This document shows, one piece after another, positions 47,995 to 59,489 of a stretch of 64,000 nt of DNA; the first letter of the stretch is position 1; every line of letters begins with the position of its first letter. The stretch spans positions 744,001-808,000 of the forward strand of contig MU054391.1 in NCBI GenBank assembly GCA_013239625.1, read 5' to 3'. The DNA comes from Lama guanicoe (Eukaryota). The translations under genes were made by a program, and so were the position numbers. The notes under the pieces were generated by a model. The model saw nothing but the letters and a program-made list of their open reading frames with translations, ran no database searches and was not told the DNA's origin.

Positions 47995-50900
47995 GGGGTG
48001 AGGGGGGCGGGTCTTGGTGGAGGCGGGTCTTGGCTTGGGGAGTAGCTGGGAAGCTGCCCTTCTAGAAGTCCCTGGTAACGCTGATGTTCTAGGCGAGGGG
48101 ACCCGACTGTGAGAAGCCCCCTTGAGGGACGCTGCCCCGGCCTGCAGTCCCGGGCGGGCCCAGGCCTCGGCGTGGACCTGCTGGAGCACCGGAGCTCTCA
48201 CAGCGGTGCGGGTGGCTTCCCGGAAAGTTCCTCCTCTGAGAAGCTTCCAGACCCCACCGCTCCAGCCTCCCTGGACGTCGGGCCGGGCAGCCAGGCCGGG
48301 GGGCCGCGACGGGCTGAGGACGGAGCAGACGCCCAGCGAGTCGACCTCAGTTTCCAGCTTATGCAGACAGTTAATTCTGTGCTGTTTACACCACTTGGAG
48401 GTGGGTGTTTTCTCTTTTTTTTTTTTTTTTTTTTGTAGCTGGAAAGATTCTAAGCCACACAGAAATTTTCAGACAAGAAAATCTCACCAAATTTCTGTTC
48501 CAGCTGAGGTGGAGGTCCCGTCCTGTGACTTTCACCAGTGTTGCAGGAAGAAGGCTCTGGAGTTTGGGCTTTGATGATGTCCTGGGGTCTCATCCTGGAA
48601 GCACTCTTTTCCCTCCAGGACAGAAGGTCCGGGAGGAGGGGAAGCAACCACTTCCCGTGTCAGGAGGAGCCAGGTCACCCTCAGGACTCCTCCGCTTCTC
48701 AAAGTGCGAATACACCAATGACATGACTGTCCCCAAGCTGGGTCACGAGGCCGCCATCACGCTGGCTTCGCAGAGATCACCGGTCCTGACTGCAGATTCC
48801 AGGAACAAGCAGCTGCTGCCTGGAAAGGCGACCTGGACCTCCCACTGTCCGGTCGGTCCACCCCCCACCCCCGCCTCTGACAAGTGGGGACAGTGTGCCC
48901 CTTTGGTGGATGGAGTCCACAGACCATCCAGCAGCCACTGACTCGGACATCACCCTTCCCTTCTGTCCCTGGTCCCTGGGGTGTGAGCAGGCACGGACCC
49001 CAACCCGGGGCAGGCCTGGCTGCAGAGCCAGCTGTCTGCAGGTGGGTGGCGCTCGTGGGTGATCGCTCAGCAGGGTCAGCCCCCTCTGACACCCTCCCCA
49101 TCGTGTCAGGACCCTCCCCGCGCGTCAGCTCTGGAAAGTGTACATGCTGCAGCCCCAGCGCAGGCCTGCTCGCAAGAACCGGCAGATCCCAGCCAGCAGC
49201 GGTACCACATACCCGTTTCTTGTGTGCGCGCCGCGGACGCTCAAAGCCACGTTTATGTATTTTTAATCATTACTCATGAAACCAGGCCGAGATTATAATT
49301 GCTACGTCTAGTCTCCACCAACACAGATTGTGAACATCAGAGCTTCCCTGTAAGCGCACTTACTGTTTTTAGCTCCCTGCCTGAAAATTACCTGTATTCC
49401 TTCTCTTCAAACGTTGCATTATTTTTAAAGTATGTTTAATTTTACCAAATGTCAAAAATATGCCCTGAAAGGCCCCACATGTTTTATCTGCAGTTTTAAA
49501 TACACCGAATCAGTCACACTGACTTCTAAAACACATAACAAAATAGGCCAGGGCCAGAGATCCATCCATGTGGGGAGACAGACCTCAGACAAGCAGCAGG
49601 CAAATTGGTTCCTTGGGATAATGGACAGGAAGCTTTTTTTTTTTTTTTTGGTAGAGGATTTATTGTGACAATAAAGGCTAACGCCACCACGGTCCAGAAA
49701 GACTGCCTGGATTTTGTGTTTGTGCCTACGCCATGAGCAGCAAGGCACCAAGCGAGGCTGCGTCTGGGAGCCCACTTGCTTTGAATCCCCTCTTCACACA
49801 GATGCGTCCCTCAATCTCAAATGTTTGCTCGATGCGCAACTCTGCAAGCTATCAAACTGATGCTATAGTAGGCGTGCGCTGAGTTCTGACTTACAACATT
49901 AGTGACAAACAGCAGAAAGGGCGGGCATGCCGTAGCTTACGGATGGCGTGATGCACAACGATGTGTCATAACGAACCAAGGGGGAGCTGTTGATCCGTGT
50001 GGATTCCCGAAGCGGAGCCCAGTGCGGCTGCGGGGTGGCTGCATCCGTGCGTGCGAGCGCAGATGCCTCCCCACAACCGCCCCGCCCCGCAGTGTGCCCT
50101 GCCGCACCGCAGCCAGACGTTAATTAGAGCGTTCAGCAGACACTGCAATGTTTCCACGCACCCAAGTGGATCTTCATTTTTCACATGCGGGGCCCCACTA
50201 ATTAAAATCAGCTTTGCAATTAAATGTGGAAAATTGTGTTAAACTTTCAAGCGTGGTTAGGGAAAAAATGCAATTATTTTGAGGGTTTATTTTAACGCAA
50301 ATGAAAATTCTGTCAAGGTGAAACGAGCAGCAGGGAGGTACAGGGATCCCTACTTCTCCCTCTTTCCTCCTGCTCCAGCCTTTTTTTTTTTTTTTTTTAG
50401 CTGCGCTCAGTTGCAGGCTGCAATGCTCCACCATCTCCCCCAGTCCTGGCTCTGTTCCAAGCCTTTCAGTGAGTGCTTGCTGTCAAGGCATGAATAATAC
50501 AGCCCGAGGCTGTCGGCGGAACCCAAGTGAGGCTGCATACATCAGGAAGCAAGCCCTCACTCGGCTCCTGAACCAGCCCCTGCAAAGACAAGCAATTACT
50601 CACCCGCGGCCGCGCAGCCTGGGCCACACGCTGCTGGGTGCAAAGGTATGTGACACGGAAAAGCATCTGACGGAGGCGTGTGCGCCGCCAGCCAGAGGGA
50701 GCCCAGTCCTGTTCTAATAAAAAGGAAACCCACCGTTCGGAGCTTTTAATTTTAGAGTTTCAAGATGAATTGATTTGACCCTGAATTTTCTAATTCAGGG
50801 GAGATTTAAATAGGACACCAAACTCACTACCTGGCTTCTGGGTGGTCGTCACATGTGAAAAGACCCCAAAGCTAGATTTTGGGCCAAATATTTCACCAGA

Positions 50901-51263
50901 ACTCTATGCTCAGCAAATATCTTTTAAAAAAAAGTGAAAGGTTAATGTAAATAAAATCCATTAAATTTCGGAAGTAAATTCAGAGGATTCACAGAACAGA
51001 TGATGTGAAAAATGTATCCACATTAGGGGCTCTCTCTCTTTCACTGGAGGCTCACACAAAAATCACTATTCAGAAGGAAGGAAGTAAATCCAATTAATTC
51101 CAGATGGTCCACTATGAATAAAACTATTATAAAGAAGGATGAAGAAATTCAAATTCCTCTATGTTGTTTAATATTTATTAATCTCATTAATATTAATTTA
51201 TATTCTATTAACAATTTTTTATTATTCCTATTTCTAATTTTCATTGGGCAAATTAAAAAAAAA

Positions 51264-51740
51264 GACTGAGAGATTATCATACTAAATGAAGTCGGTCAGA
51301 CAGAGAAAGACAAGTACTATGTGATGTCATTTCTATGTGGAATCTAAAATACGACAGAAATGAACTTATTTACAAAACAGAAACAGACTCACAGACATAA
51401 AAAACAAACTTACGGTTACCAGGGGTAAGGGGGTGGGAAGGGATAAATTGGGAGCTCGGGATTTGCAGATTCTGACTACTATGTATAAAATAGATGAACA
51501 AGGACCTACTGCACAGCACAGGGAGCCGTGTTCAGTTTCCTGTAATAAACCGTAAGGGAAGAGTCTGAGAAAGAACGAAATGGGAAGCATCTGAAGAAGG
51601 GATGCACGCCGCCAGCCAGAGCAAACCCAGCCCCTCCTAACACACGTGTGTCGGTGCGTGTCACTGAGTCACTGCTGTGCGCCCAAAACCAGCGTGACGC
51701 TGTAAATCAACCACACTTCAGTAAAAAATTTAAAAAAAAA
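51264..51740 (+). mobile_element. 5'-truncated LINE-1 3' end (ORF2 C-terminus, 3' UTR, A tail), laurasiatherian/artiodactyl type, antisense to MYT1L
   Basis: Encodes ...IILNEVGQTEKDKYYVMSFLCGI*, the typical L1 ORF2 end. Followed by aatgaacttatttacaaaacagaaacagactcacagacata..., a G-rich tract and an A-rich tail at about 51723-51740. Confidence 0.85.
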
Positions 51741-54700
51741 CTCTAAGAATAATAAGCTGGCCCTGACTCTGACGATGCCTCGTGTCCATGTAAGTGCCCC
51801 TTTAAACTTCACCTTGCACTGTGTCCTCACACCAACAGCACCTTACATCCGCACGGGGAGAAACAGCTTGTGACTGGAAGGCCCGAGAACGTTCATTCTT
51901 AGTCAGAGGTTCAAGAGTACGTTTTTGCAGAAATGTTCTGACTTTCCACATTTGGCCGTCATCTTAGTGTCCTTCGTGTAATTCTCCGGGTTAAGAACCG
52001 ATCTCTTCTTCAGGGACTTGAACCAAACAGAAGCAATGATAGGTCAAGTGTCATGTGGCCTGTCCTCCCCACGTCTCCGCCTTACGAGGTCCCCCTTCTG
52101 CTGGGGGCTGCCCCTCCTGAGACGCCCCCCAGCTCAGGACCTGGTGTTTAGAAGCTCCGTGGCCGGGACGCCCTGCACTTGGCCCTGCGTTGCCGGCTCC
52201 AAGCCCCTAGCTTCCAGCTGGATCTGCGCACTTCACACCTCGCCTGCCTGGAGCCTCCCAGCCAGCTGACCCACAGCCCAGCAACTTCCTGAATTCCACC
52301 TTTGTGGCTTCCGAGTGCTCTGGATCTTCCTGCCCGCCATCCACACTGAAAACACGCCCGTGGGAAACGCTCTTAGTTCAGCCACAGGGGTTTTAAACAC
52401 CTTCGGCTCACAAGCCTGCCTGCACACTGGGAAGGCGGTGATGGGAGAGGCAGGTTCCAGGACGCCTGGAAGACTCACTTAGCGTGACAAAGGGTTAGTT
52501 TGCAAAGGAAGCTAGGATCGGCCCCCATGTTTGCGATATGTACGTGTCTCCAGCTACTCATAGGTATCAGTAAGAGGAGAGTGGAGGGGCCAACAGGGCC
52601 AGGTGTGCGGCGATGAGACGGAAGAAGCACGTGGAAGGCAGAGGCCAGACTCGCTGGGCACAGAGAGGACTGAGTGAGCATTCTGGCTCAGACAGGAGAC
52701 TCACTTCCTGGCCCGAATGCAAACTCCATGATGCTTTTGCTCCACGTGTGTGCTAATAATAGAAAGCCTCATGATGGTTCTGAAGATAAAGGTTGGTGAT
52801 GTTAGCTACTTGACAGGCTTGACACGTCTCAGGGCACAAAAGTGTTGACTGAGCTTGGATCCCTGCTGGTCAGTGTGCAGGAGCCAAAAGACCCATCTTC
52901 AGTGCCCAGAGAGGCAGCTTCTCCGAGGGCCTGGAGTGGGTCAGCGTCAGACGCCGGAGTTCCTTCACCCGTCCTGCTCGCCGCTACCTTGACGGCCAGG
53001 AGGCTCAGAGCGACACTAAACTACACACGTCCTGGGGCTCTGGTAGAGCTGTGCCTCCATTTCCCTTATGCGTTTCCTAATTGCTCTCTCTGATTTGACT
53101 CTTACCTGTGCTGTTGTGCGTGTGCTGATCAGCCACCTCTGATTGTCTGTGAACCATGAACACAAACACCCGTGGACAGATTGTTGTTCATTCAAGGACA
53201 CAATTTTCAAGTAAGGTAGACCATCCGATAAAGTAAGTCTCATAATGTTAACTCCTACCCCTCAGCCTCTAACCAGGATCTTGAGTTGTGAGTTCCCTGG
53301 GAAGTCAACGATTGGCTCCTTTCACAGGGGTGAGCCTGCGGCCGATGGGCCCCACCCTCTCCTCCCGGTTTCTTACAAGTCCACAACCCTCCCTCGATTA
53401 CACTGGGAAAGGAAAGCCATCAGTGCCAGCAGCTACCGTGGAAAGCCAACTCCCTGTGGAAGCAGCAGCCACCGAGGCCAGCCGTGTTCGTCCTCCGAGG
53501 TGACACACGTTGCCCTGGAACTGTGGTTGCTGTCTGCCGTCCGTGGACGTTGCCTTGTTCCAACAAAGGCTAACTGGTGGCCGCGTTTGACCCCTGGGTG
53601 TCAAATTTCCTAACCATCTTAATTTTAATTTTATACACTGTTGATTCCCCACACCTGCCTCAGATTGATTTTTGCTCATTCAAATAAATGGATACGTCAA
53701 TATACTAAAACCACGCCTTTCACTCCGCTGTGAACTGGGGAGACGTGTGAGTCAAGTGAAACTACAGGCTTAACAGGAAGACATTCATCGAGCAATTTAA
53801 CGTTGAAGAAACAAAGAAACGAGAGATTTCATCAAGACCGGAGCTGAGGCCGCGCTCTTGTCATGGTGCAGGGGCTCGTGTGCTCGCGTCGCGGCAGGGA
53901 CCAGGTGAGGGCAGGTGGCACTTGCGTGTGTTTGGGGGGCGGCCTGCAGGTATTTAGGCGTGTGAGCAGCTGTCCGAGGGGGTAAACTTTGTTCAGGAAA
54001 TCTTTTTAAAATAGAGAAAAGCAAAGCCAGGTATCGCTGAGATCTCACAAATCTGATGCAGCAGCGTCAAAGGGCGCCCACGTGTGCTCGGGCCTCATCT
54101 CCTCCAAGGGGCCCTTTTCCAGTCTGAGAAATTCAACTGTCAGCCCTTAGCTAGAGTTCCTGGTCATATGTGGACATCAGCACAGAAGCCAGGAAGCCTC
54201 AGGGGACCCCTCAGCGAGAAGGCCATCTGGGACATAAGTCCGAGTGCTGTGAGCTTACATAGCAAAGTCTGCGACTTTATCATTTGAACACTGAGGACAC
54301 TGAAGTCAGTACAGGTTCACTGACTTGCCCAAAGCCCCTGGGGCCATCAGTGGCATCGGGGGTGGCGGCTGGAGCCACGTCTGTGTCCCGGGAAGCGCTC
54401 CTCCATGGTACTCAGGGTGTCTCCTCGTACGCTCTTCCTGCTACAACAGTGAGAACTCCAATCACTCATTCCCCACGTCTCATGATAAAAAATACATTAT
54501 TTTAAATTAAAAAGGTAGACTTTCTGTGGTAGAATTTTCCAGTCTGGCTGCCTCTCTGTATCCTCTCTCAAATTCCATCCACTGCGTGCCTCTAAGACTC
54601 AGGAGCTGTGTTCTCACCAGCATCCTGGCTCAGAGGCGAGCCTGCTTGTCTTCACGGTCTTCCCAGCCTCAGTGCCACTCTGTGAGCAGGGAGCCGACCT

Positions 54701-56244
54701 CACCGACGGCTGCGTGCACAGCGCACCACACAGGCCCGTCGGTCCCGGCTCAACGGGCTCACCTCGGGTGGAGACGCAAACGCCTGAAACAGCTGGGTGG
54801 GAGTGTCCCCACTTCCCCCGGAAAAACGTGGTTGTGACACCTCGTTAACACTACCTGACTTCTCATTCAAACTTTTTAGCCAAACGCAATCGTTTCCTCT
54901 AATAGCAACACCATAATGTTTAAGTGTTGACTAATCGAGAGGTGTTAGGCGAAGACATTCTCTCCTGGTTGGCTGACTTCTTTTCCGCTGTAAACACGAA
55001 AATCCAGTTTTTAAAACCTGGATTTTTAAGTGAATCTCCATACGTACGCCTTCATAAAATAACAAAGACTTAAAATAAACCACTTATTTAAATTACGTAA
55101 TTCAACAGTTTACTGTTTTACAGAATACAAATAATAATATGATAAATTAAATAGAATCATTTAAACCACAAAATACTCTTCAGAGTGGCCTGTCCTTTTT
55201 CTGGCATGAAACCATTTCTTCGAGGACGTCCATTACAAATTCCTGCCTCTTTAAAAGCTAGCCTGGGGATTTTGGACTCGTTTGTAATTTTTCTCTTGAT
55301 TTTACTAAAGGACAATCAAAATAATTGCTTGATTTCACCCAGAAATCAGTGTTCAGCTGAAAAGGGAAGAGCAGGGAAGGAAGGTCACCCGAGGGCTGCA
55401 GGTGCACCCGCTCAGCCTCCGCTTAGGCCGCGTGGCCTGGCTCCCGCTGGCGCGCGGGGCCGCACGACCTTGGTCCTCACACCCTGCTTTGTGGGAATTA
55501 GCTAGGGGTGGGCGGTAGCCTGTAAATGCTTCTCACGCATCGTGACCACAGCCTTCCACTGAACGGCGAAGCTGCGCTGATATGGGGGGAGACGCTCCCT
55601 GGGGGCGTGAGTCTGGAGCCCGAGCGGCAGGCGCCTCACGGCCTTGGGCGAGCGCCATGATTCTGCCTAGGTTCATCTTGCAATAATCCCCCCGCCCGCC
55701 TGCGGTCTAGGCGTTCCCGCGCCATCACAGCCCACGGACCTGGAGCCCAGTGTCTAGGGCACCATCGTCTGGGACCCCAGCCTCAGGGGCCTATGTGTCC
55801 CGTACACCCCCTCCTGCGCAGCCTTCCCGGGAGCTGCCCTGGCGCCAGTGGGGGCTTCTTCCCCCAGGACGAGCTGAGCCCCTGCAGAAAGGCCAGGGAG
55901 GAAGCTTGCAAGTCACCACCTGGGGTTCCTGAGCTCCTAGGGGGAAGTACGGGGTGGAGGGACACACCCTCCCAGGGACCAGGGGGCGGGGTGGCTCCCA
56001 GCAGCTGTGTGCGCGGAGCACTGTGTCCCCGCGTGGGCCAGCGTGTGAGGCTGGACCTCATCTGGGTCGTCTGATGTGTGAGGTGAATTCCGCCTCAAGA
56101 GGCATTTAGAAGGCCCAGCCAGAGACCAACAGCCAAGCCCTTGTCCGCAGAGAGAAGGCCAGCAGGACACTCGGAGTCCCCATCACCCCCCAACTCTGCC
56201 CCGCGGGAGGCGCCCAGACAGCAGGCATGAAAGCCAGGCCTTAC

Positions 56245-56307
56245 CTCCTGTGTCTCGCGTATTTCCCGCTAACGTGGCCACTGCCGTCGCAGCCCGGGGT
56301 GGGGCAG
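56245..56307 (-). CDS. MYT1L: MYT1L coding exon 3 (63 nt), most of CCHHC zinc finger 1: (S)[20 protein letters not shown](S)
   Basis: TTCTCCTTGCAG|CTGCCCCACC...CACAGGAG|GTAAGG; canonical CPxPGCDGxGH motif. Confidence 0.95.
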
Positions 56308-56537
56308 CTGCAAGGAGAAAGGAGGGTGAGTCACTGGGGTGCTGTGGGCAGGGGCCCCGAGAACCTCTTGGGTGTCGGAGAGAGAACAGGCGACACAGAC
56401 AGACAGACAGGACTGGAAACTGGAAGGAGGAGAGCGGGGGTGCAGGGCCTGGGCCCGGAGCCGAGGGCACGGTCTCCACTGGCCGGCGGGCTCTCTGCGT
56501 GCCCGCCCATGGGGCCCCCCGCCCGCAGCGCGCTCAC

Positions 56538-56571
56538 CTGAACAGCTCCTGGATGGCCGGCTCCACGGGCA
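56538..56571 (-). CDS. MYT1L: MYT1L coding exon 2 (34 nt), (V)PVEPAIQELF(S)
   Basis: CTCTCTCCGCAG|TGCCCGTGGAG...CTGTTCAG|GTGAGC; phase 1 to phase 2, continuous with both neighbours. Confidence 0.93.
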
Positions 56572-56734
56572 CTGCGGAGAGAGGGAACAGACAGTTCACC
56601 GTCCACGGGGGGCCCGCCGCAGGAGACCCCGGGAGCGCGGCTCAAAGGCCGGCTCGGAGTGCACCGCGCAGCCGGCTTCTGCAGGGCGGAGGGGAGCCCG
56701 CACAGGGCCCGGGGGCCGGGAAGCCCGGACGTAC

Positions 56735-56789
56735 CTCGCACCCCTTTGGACCGCGTGCGATGCCGCTTCTCCTCGGTGTCCACCTCCAT
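56735..56789 (-). CDS. MYT1L: MYT1L coding exon 1 (55 nt), MEVDTEEKRHRTRSKGVR; ATG is the first base after the acceptor
   Basis: Minus strand TCTCTCCCCAG|ATGGAGGTG...GTGCGAG|GTACGT. ORF 56331..56789 starts with this peptide. Confidence 0.95.
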
Positions 56790-59489
56790 CTGGGGAGAGA
56801 GGAAGGCGGTCAGCGTGCATCCCGGGCCAGCAGTTTCGGACAGTGTCTTAAACCCATTTCCCTCTGTGAGGGGCGCCGCCGGGAGGGTCAGGCGTTCTAA
56901 GTGTGCTGCTTAAAAATGAAGCAGACCGGGGTCTGGGGGGACTGCATCAGGAGGGGGAAGACTGATTTGGACGCATCGGGGCCGATCTGAGCTCTGCTCT
57001 GTCCCAGTAGTGCTGCGGACAGCACTGGGGCTTGCGAGAATGAAGCACGCACACACGGTGTCTGGGTTCTCCTCGCAGCTGAACCGTCTGACCTGACCGG
57101 GGGTTAGTGGGGAGGGGGTGGGTCTCACAGGAGGACGCATTTTACCTTGGGGGCTACCCTCACGGTGGCCTCGTTCCCGGGCTACAATTGTGTCCACCTT
57201 GGTCTAAATTGTCAAGATGCTTTCCAGGGACACAGGCCTTTGCTCATGGCCACTAGGGGTTACCAAGTCTTTCCAACCACGGCCTGTGTGATCCTCGCAC
57301 GATTCTGCAAGGAGGTATCTTTCTACACTTCTTTCACAGGTGTGACTTGCCCAAGACCATCCGAGCGGGAGCTTTCGGGCAGGACCCTGAAGCAGCCCCT
57401 GTCTGTCCACCCTTCCCCTTAAGCTGCAGGAACACACTGCTGGGCAGGTGGATCCGTGCCAGCGTGTTTGTGCCCGGAATATTTCGACGACACATGAGTA
57501 ATTCACACACAGCAAACCCGCATGGCAGGAGAATCCCCGTGTGTGTGTCAGAGGGGCTGGCAGAGCTGAGCAGCGAGCCGACCGCTCCCCTGACAGGTGC
57601 ATATGGGGTTGTTTTTGCCGAACGCCCAGCGTGGCCAGGGCTGCCTTCTGGCAGAAGATGGGGACACCCTGAAGTGCTAGGTGCGCACAGTTCACTTCCT
57701 CTGCAGTTTGTGACAAGAAAGTTCAGAATTTGGGAAGGAAGGCTCTGGTTAGAGGCATGTGACCCTCGTAGGTGCACGTTACGCAGAAGAACAGGGTAGG
57801 TCTGCGCGTGACTGGCCACGTCCCCCTGGAAGGTTCTGACAAGCCCCCTAGCAAACCTCATAGGACCTCAGAAGATGCCACAGGGGACTTGCCTGTCAGG
57901 GCCTTCTAGGCTTCCTTTGTTCACAACCAACTTGGAGCCTGGGGCCTAACGGAACATTTGAAACTGAAGCAAAATCTCAAAGGCTTCCAAGATGACCAGC
58001 AGGTGAGGTTTTAACAAAAGAATCGGCGTGCAGTTTCATTCAGATAAGGGGAGATCCGGCAGTTTCACACCCACGAAGCCCTGCTTCTCAGCTTGCACTG
58101 CCCCTCAGGACGGCGGGGAGGCCCGTGGCGGGGAGCGGTGAAGATGCTGACCGCTGCGATGGGTCACCCGGGGTTAACGGCCATCGCTGGAGCTCCCTTC
58201 ACGTTCAGCCCGTGCTTTCGGCCGCTCAGGGATGTTTACTTCTGAGTGTGGAACTTCCAGGACTTCAGGTGAAATTCCCCACCGTGTTCCCTCCAAATGC
58301 GACGACATTTCTGAGTAAAACAGCTGCTGCTCCTTCACCCCAGGTGGGAAAGTTAGAAAATAAGCCTGTGTCTGCATCAAAAGTCTGATCTTCTGACTCT
58401 GAGTGTGTTTCTAACGACTTCTCTGCTGCTGCATCCTTGAGCCGGTCCCAGGAGAAAACGCGGAGCGCCGGAACCCCGCATGAACCCCGGGGCCAGCGAG
58501 CCAGCACCCCGCCCGGAGCTACCCTGCGGTGCTCCGAACTCCTAACACGTCGGGCTAACACCCCACGTCTGGAGGGCCTGCACCCAGAGCTGAATCCTGG
58601 TTTTTCTGGGACTGGCCTCTGCAAACACCACTGGAAACACCACTCAATTTCTCTCGAAAGACACAGCTGGCTGGTGAAGCAGCCCCGCCACCTGGGGTCC
58701 CAGGTCCACCCGACCTCGTGTGTGACCCCTGCCGAGCCCTCGGGCAACCATTCTGCTCTCGGCCTGGTCCCCGCTGGTTCAGAAGACGGACTCTGACAGT
58801 GCTGACCGTGCGTCCAGACTGCCTGGGGCTGCGGCCTGGGTACCTTCCCAGGCCTCCCTGGGCCTCCCTGCTCTGGTCCAGGGACCTCAGCCCTTGAGGA
58901 CTGAGTCTGAGGACAGCAAAGTGGAACCTCTAGGTCCCGGGGCCTCTGAGGGGTCAAGGAGAAGCTGGACCTACGACACGTGACCGTTGTGGGATTTCCT
59001 GCTATTTTGTAGGAAGACTTCCTGTCCCGGCTCCAGACCCCACATCCACCATCAGGCCCTCCGTGGGCGGTGGAGGCCGGAGGTGTGGGATGCGGGGGCT
59101 GGACGGGCCGCTGAAGGATCCACACTTCTGGCTGCTTCCAGACGTTCACCATCGCACAGCAAGTTCATCTGAGGACCCTCCTCGCGTGTTTCCGTCCGGC
59201 CGGGGGCCCTCCCCGGAGCTACGCCGTTTCTTCCTGCCTCAAGGTTATTTACTGCTCTGACTTCTGTCCCCTCCATGCTTAGTAAACTCTGTTACACTTG
59301 TTTCTATGCGTTATGGTAAGAATAAGCCCCTCCCTGTTTTGTAAGCTCTTGGGTGCGTGTGGGGGGAACCCGGTAAAATCCCGCCCTCAGCCCACTGTTT
59401 CTCAGCGGTCATTTACTGAGCAGGTGCAGGGGCCGCTCCTTCCATCTGAAACCTTGAAGTCACACGTGGCTTTTCCCTTTCCTGTTTCT

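Larger units (their letters stand above)
56400..56900. promoter_or_regulatory. CpG-rich region over the first coding exons
   Basis: Dense CG dinucleotides around the exons at 56538-56789; not computed. Confidence 0.45.

Noticed and set aside
58200-59390. Possible old LTR remnant next to the large minisatellite
   Set aside because: Only a vague resemblance (agtaaa signal, ...ctca end); no family or TSD recognisable without RepeatMasker.
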